49,370 nucleotides of DNA from Thelocarpon superellum (lineage: Eukaryota), in assembly GCA_026025795.1 (NCBI GenBank), contig JAPEUG010000097.1:1-49370 (forward strand). Direction: 5' to 3'. This document shows, piece by piece, positions 43,191-49,370 of this stretch. The position numbers were made by a program, and so were the translations under genes. Every line of letters starts with the position of its first letter. Position 1 is the stretch's first letter. The notes beneath the pieces were generated by a model that ran no database searches, was not told where the DNA came from, and was given only the letters and a program-made list of their open reading frames with translations.

Positions 43191-46100
43191 TCAGTCCTGA
43201 TGGTCTCGGAGGAGCCGGGCAATTGTAGTATGGTGTTCATCTGTCGCACGCTGAATTGCCGTAGCAAACCGTTCAGGGCCCACCACATTTGCCTCAGCGC
43301 CTGCGTTGAGTAGGAGCACCACCATATCAAGCCGGCCGTGCTCAGCGGCACCTTCAATTGCGGTTCGGCCTTCGAACTTGGCCGCTGGCGCATTGACATC
43401 GGCCCCGGCATCGAGAAGTCGCATGGCAATCGCCACGTAGCCTCCGATCGCTGCGGCTTGGAGAGCCGTCACCCCTGCGACCCGACTCGCGGCAGCGTTG
43501 ACGTCCGCGTTCTTGGCCAGAAGTAGCTCGACACACTCCAGAAGACCGCGTTGACATGCCATTTGCAGCGCTGTTCTTCCTTCAACCATAGCTCCTGGGA
43601 GGTTGACATCGGCCCCTACCGATAGCAGTAACCGTGCCACGTCCAAGGGGCATTTTTCGGGGTCGTTTCCAATCGCTCCTTGAAGAGCAGTCATGCCTCT
43701 TATCCGGCTTGCCAACGCATTGACATCTGCTTCATGGGCAAGTAGCAGCTCGACGAGTTCTGGATTGAATCCTTTGCATGCCGCTTGTAACGCCGTCATC
43801 CCACAAACCTCTGCCCCCGGAGCATTAACATCGGCCTCATTCAATAGCAGCAGCCTGACAACTTCGACAAATTCCCTAGAGCCTTTACGGGCTCCAGCCC
43901 GGACAGCTCCTTGTAGAGCAGTCGCCCCTTTTATCCGATTTGCCGGGGCGTTAACAGCCGCTCTTCTCGTGATAAAGAGCTGCACGAGGCTCAAAGAGCC
44001 CTGTGATGCTGCGATCTGCAACGCCGTTCTCCCACTCACTAACCCAGCTGGAGCATTGACATCTGCTCCTCTCGCGAGCAGGAGTTCCACAATCTCCAGT
44101 TGGTCACAACAGCCTTCTGCCGAGACCGCTGCTTGAAGTGCAGTTGATCCAGCAAGCCATCCTGCTGGAGCGTTGACGTCGGCACCGCTCGTTAGGAGAA
44201 GTTCGACGATCTCCAAGCGCTTAGCCGTGTCTCCCTCGCAGTGCCATGGCGCGAGTGCTGCTTGAAGTACTGTCGTTCCCTGCTTCCCAGCAGCGGGTAT
44301 GCCCACGTCTGCGCCATGATCCAGAAGCAACTGGACATAGCCTAGCTCCAGGTTCTCCGCTGCCAGATGAATTGGAGATATTTTGTGTCTCAAATCAAGG
44401 TCATTAAGGTCCTCAACGAAAAAGTCAAGCTCGTCAAGCTTCTCAAGTTGGTCAAGCCCCTCTTCGTTCATGTCAAGGGCTAGCACCAAATCGTCCATAT
44501 CGCCTTCGCCGCTCCAGCCTTGGACGTTGATATGCGCGCCTTTATCTAGAAGAAGCCTCATGGTACAAGCGTTCCCGTAGCGTGCTGCAGCAAGTAACGC
44601 TGGATCGATGTGGTTAGCGCTCGATGTGAGGAGCAGTTGGACAATTTCGACGTCTCCTTGTGATGCAGCTCGCTCCAACAGTGGTGGCTCAATGTTGTTT
44701 GGATCCGCGCCTCTCTCCAGGACCAATCGGACAACTGAGGGATCACCAGACGTCACAGCAGCCTCAAGCGATGAGCAGTCATGTTTCCAGACAGCTGGAC
44801 TGTTGATATCAGCGCCTCGTTCCAGTAAGAGGCGGACGAGCTTCATGTTGCCACGTCGAATAGCCTCCGTAAGCGCTGTTCTTCCACCACGCTTATTCGA
44901 GCATCGAGTGGTCGCGCCCAGGTCAATCAGCATCTGCACGACCATTAGATCACCGGTCTCTGCCGCAACTTGGAAAGGTGTTCGGTTAGAAGGCTGTGCG
45001 TAATAATGGTCGAGGCTGGACGCATGGATATCGGCGTCATGATCGAGGCTGGACGCATTGATATCGGCGCCGTGATCGAGTAGGAGCTCGACGACTTCGG
45101 TTTTGCCGGACCTGACTGCGGCGGGAAGTGCTGTTCGGCCGTCGTTCAACTGGCTCGGGGAAGCATTTACGTCGATTCCGCTCTCAAGGAAGACGCAGAT
45201 CAGACCGTGATGGCGCCTGGAGAGTGCTGTACAGAACGCCCGCACTCTACTCCTTTTGCCATGATGTGACGATCTGAGATCCATACCTTCTGCAATCAGT
45301 AGCCCAACAAGCTCGACGTTGCCAGACTCAACGGCTTGTTCAAGCGCTGTCATACACCCCATTGAGCCTTGTGCGTTGACATCAGCGCCGCTTTGTAATA
45401 GCAGACGAACTAATTCAATGTTACCCGCCCTCGCCGCAACCTCGAGGGCTGACGCCTTTTCATCACGAAGTCGAGCATTGACATCCGCACCCGCATTGAT
45501 CAGGGAAAGAACCATTGGAGCATAGCCTGACCGGATTGCCGTAACGACAAGAGGATCATGTTTCCAATCGATTATGAACATAGACTCGGACGAATTGCTT
45601 GTCACGTTCACATCTGCACCACACTGTAGGAAAATGCGGAGCAGCTCGTGAAGTCGTGTGAGAACGAACGGGCAAGAGGAGCGTCGAAGACCTCTTTCGA
45701 CCCGGGCAGCCGTCCTCACAGTGCTGCGGAGTAGGCATGATGCGACCATCTGCGTCATGGGCGACTGGGTTTTCGAAAATCTCTTCAGCCACGAGAAATG
45801 CGGATCTCCTGTCAAGGTCTCTAGAATCTCGTCCTGTCGAAACTCAGCTAGCAGGTTGTTTGCCAAGAGGTAAAAGGCTACTTTGAGCATCGGGAATTGC
45901 GATTCTGGTCGGAAGGGCGAAAGTTGGCCAGAGTGTGTGGAAATCAGCTCGCCCTTGCGCCTCTCAGGGAGAAGAGCACGTAGATGAGGGTTGGCGTCGA
46001 GGATCAGGTTGACGTCTTTGGTAGAAACGGTGTACTGAGATATTACAGAAGCGAGTGATGTTGGCTCTGTCAAGCTCTTCGCATTTCCGGAGGTTGGCCC

Positions 46101-46740
46101 GAGCTGGCTGTTTGAAAACCCTCTGAGAGAGCAGGGCTCAAGGATGTCGTCAAGATGGAACCAGGAAAATTGGAGGGCACGTGTTTCTGCCGGAGTTTGG
46201 ACGACGACCAAGCCTTCCGGAGTTTGGACGCTCAAGCCATCCGGAGTTTGTGGACTCGGGACTATATCCGGCATGAGTCAGTCTCTAGGTGGAGGGAGCA
46301 CGCATTATGATGATGGAACTCACCTGAATATGAACCTTGAGTGAGAGTTGGGGGGAAATGCCGACACAACTCCTTCCTCACTTTCTTCGCCGGAATAAGA
46401 GTCTCTTCCACTAGCACCACGCTTTCGTCCTTGCCCTGACGCTTTCTTTTCTCGACTCGCTCGTGCACGAATCTCCATTCTTCAGCGCTCAGATTCTTAC
46501 GAATCTTCCACCTCTTGAACGTGGCTTCGTACTGAGATTTACTACTCTCAATAAGCATGCCAATGGAGCAAACTGAGTTAATCGGCGAAGCCGTGAGACT
46601 CACCTTGCAATGAAGGCATGTTGTTCTCCCATGCGCCTTATGACCTCCCTGAGCGGTAGATCCTCGGCGCAGTACAGCTGAACGATGCTGTCGCGGTGGG
46701 AGTCCCAAGTGGACTGGGAGATTCGAGTCGATGAAGACAT
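43191..46740 (-). CDS. Clr5-domain / ankyrin-repeat protein, about 1141 aa (3 exons)
   Basis: ATG at 46740. Introns 46603..46542 and 46323..46262. Spliced N-terminus WDSHRDSIVQLY...LREVIRRM...HAFIASKSQYEATFKRWKIRKN matches the Clr5 domain pattern. The C-terminal two thirds are many G.TALQ.A...G....V.LLL..GADVNA ankyrin repeats. Confidence 0.9.
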
Positions 46741-47413
46741 AGTAGAGGATAGGCCGACGAGGAAGATAGAGAGAAGTAATGGAGTTGGAATTCCAAGCTG
46801 CTAGCAGGTTGGGTGCGAAGGGAAGTTTTGATCCGGAATCGGGGAGGTGTTTGGGGCAGCGCAAGGCTGCCTCATCATCGTCTGCACAATAGTCGGCGGT
46901 GTGAGAGCGCTGGGGTTCTTGAACGTACCAGGGGACATTTCGATTCAGATGATGACTGTGATTGGATGTCACCAGAATCTTGCATTAGAAGCTGCAGGGG
47001 GTAGCTTGGGTAAGCTTGTGACAAGGCTGAGCGAACAACGCGCACTGTAGCTGCATTTTGCGCAATATTGTGCCGTGTCTTCCAATGCATTGATTGGTCT
47101 TTTCCCGAATCTGATGATCGACTGGGCGTGCAAGGGTACCAATAGTGGGCAAGAGCCCCACCAGAGGCGGAGAGTGACCGCTCATAGGCCGAGGCCATAA
47201 TCGGGTCCGTCAAACCCCGCGACGAGCTTACTGGCCACGGCCAAAGTCTTGGGCGTTCGGGACCTGTGGCTGGACCCATGGCCCAGTTTTTACCGCGAGC
47301 CTCTGAAGAAAGCAGTCGTGATCGTGGCAATGATGCCGACAGATCAGACATGCGAGATGATGAGCCGTATGTAGGCAGGCTTGGTGCCTCTTGTCCGTGG
47401 AAGCCAGACGGCG

Positions 47414-47420
47414 TATAAAT
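47414..47420 (+). promoter_or_regulatory. Putative TATA box (TATAAAT) of the 57-aa microprotein gene
   Basis: Canonical TATA in GC-rich context, about 85 bp upstream of ATG 47501. Confidence 0.5.
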
Positions 47421-47500
47421 GATGCGTCGCCTGGCTTCGCCACCGCAGGGTCGAAATACCGCAGTGGAGATGGTCACGTGGATACGAGGAACCTGAGACC

Positions 47501-47726
47501 ATGTCCATATCGACCGAGGCAATCATCGCCATTGTGGGTGTTCTGGCTACGCTCCCGCCGACCGTTCTGATCTTCCGCAATCTCTTGTGGCGCAAGAAGC
47601 GACACCGCCCGAGCGCCCCAGGTACGTGAGAGGAACATGTTCGGTTGACTTGCACTGACCTCTCCTGCCCCAGATGATGCCTGCCCTTCCGTGCGGGTGG
47701 AAATCCGGGTGCTGAATGGCCGATAA
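47501..47726 (+). CDS. 57-aa single-pass membrane microprotein (2 exons; not in the ORF track)
   Basis: ACCATG context. Intron 47622..47673 (GTACGT...CTGAC...CAG). Product MSISTEAIIAIVGVLATLPPTVLIFRNLLWRKKRHRPSAPDDACPSVRVEIRVLNGR has a hydrophobic helix followed by a basic cluster. Confidence 0.7.
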
Positions 47727-49370
47727 TCCGTGTGCCTGGAAAGCCAAGCGTCGACTTCTATGGCTCCGGTGCGGCCAACCACGCGGTGGAGGTGCCGTCA
47801 CGAGTAGGAGCAGCCGTGACTGTCACTGGCTTGGTCGCCTCTCAGAGATGGGTGGGATCTCAACCTAACCTGCTACGAACACTAGACGAGTAACCGCCCA
47901 TACCTCGCCCGACGATAGCATGCGTCAAAACGCACTGGAGTGAAGAGGGCGAAGAGCAGGGAAGGGAAATGCATTCAATCTTACTGCTAGCTACGTGGGT
48001 CAAATTCGTGAGAGTGTAAGGTGGTTCTTTGACTATAAGGCTGGCTAGCACTCATGTACGGAACGACCGTACGCTACACGAATATGACAGCCTTGCGGCC
48101 GACTCGACGACGCCTCGCCAGCCCATACTGCGATCGCCTGTCTGGAACCCCATGTCTCACAAGATCTATGCCGATCTGATGGAGAGTTTTGCTTTCGAGT
48201 ACCTACGTAGTGACCGGGAGGGCCCCTATCAGCTGGGCTCAGTAAACGAAAGCCCCTGTTAGCTGTGCTCGGTAAGTGGGAGAGCACCCTTGAGCTGTGC
48301 CCGAGTGCTAGCAATGAGCGTGATCAGTCAAACCCCGGGTGTGCGCAGACACGGGTCCACGATTTCAACCGGGTCTATTCGCTACCAGTAGTAGTTGGGT
48401 TACCCACTGTGGAGGCTTCATACGGGAGCTCGAGGCTTCTGAGTAAGCCGCCTCACGTGACCCACAATAGCTGTGTATTAGAACGACGGATAGCTTCCGT
48501 AGAATAAACCACCCATCTCCAGTGGAATAACCAGGGTGCGTCACCACGCAAGACGATGCGTGATGAGCCTAGCTAACGACTCTTAGTGGGAACGCGATGG
48601 GGCGTTGGGGGAATGACTTAGCCTGAGTTACTGAATCCACACGGTTGAGAGCGGAGCTCACCTGCCTCTAGGCCTGGACCCAGGCGAGCTCTGGGTCAAG
48701 GACAATCCCGGGAAGCGGAAGCGGAGCCAGTCTTGACCGTTGCTGTCCAGAGCTTCACATTAGCAGTCATCATTGATGCAGCAACCAAAGCGTCCGATCT
48801 CGAGGAAGAAATACGTCTCTGTCCTGGTGCACACTTGAATGGTGACAAGCGTCTCGCTCGTGATCTACGCGAACAAAGGCTGGAGATCCATGGCTTTGTT
48901 CGCGGTAGGCTTCATCGCCAATTTCATGGTGACTTTCATCAAGTTCTCGTACGATTGCCATCACCGCGGTTCAATGCTGAACTTCCTCGAGAGCGACATA
49001 TGTGACCTCCCAAGTAAGCTGTTGTAGAGCTGAGCAGCCTTGAGTCGCCGATATGACCGTCCGTCACCCAAGTGTTTGCTTTCCGTACCCCATCCATCCA
49101 CTCGGCTCTACCTTGAACTTCGACCCGTTGCAACAGCCGCGGTGATCCTCCCTAGGACATCCGGCCTATGACGGACTTCACTCGCCACTTCCCTTCCACA
49201 CGTCTGAAGTGAAGCCAACACGGTCCTGAGGCTGTCTCCACAAGCGTGGTTCGCCCTCACGGGTGGTGTTCTTTTGAGAACACTTGACCTTTATTCACTG
49301 CTCGCAACGATGGAGCTGTTATTCTCTGTCGGTGTCTTGAACAGCGGACTCTTCTCCTTCGCCCGTCCAG

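Noticed and set aside
43191..46740. Classical fungal NLR (NACHT/NB-ARC-ANK)
   Set aside because: No Walker A GxxGxGKS/T motif or room for a NOD domain between Clr5 and the ankyrin repeats.

Overview
Eukaryotic, GC-rich, gene-dense DNA from a filamentous ascomycete (Pezizomycotina-like). Genes have short GT-AG introns (mostly about 47-90 nt) with CTRAC-type branch points, so the ORF track fragments most of them; I re-spliced them by eye. Conserved genes: glutathione synthetase (3' end), ERF4, the STE3 pheromone receptor, mitochondrial SSB (RIM1), a DUF4203/TM7S3-like membrane protein, an STL1-like sugar porter, an aldo-keto reductase, RPA49, RPL41, a DUF1766/T5orf172 protein, a promethin/LDAF1-like protein, UBC1 and RPT2. 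Poorly characterised genes lie among them: a 23-Cys secreted protein, a 1127-aa orphan with a small folded N-terminal domain, a 78-aa LRGG/poly-Cys microprotein, a 593-aa unnamed multi-TM protein, and a Clr5-ankyrin gene head-to-head with a 57-aa single-TM microprotein gene. Three spliced microproteins (RPL41, the poly-Cys protein, the 57-aa peptide) are absent from or misread by the ORF track. I saw no rRNA, tRNA, CRISPR array or recognisable transposon. Family assignments come from motif recognition, not database searches.
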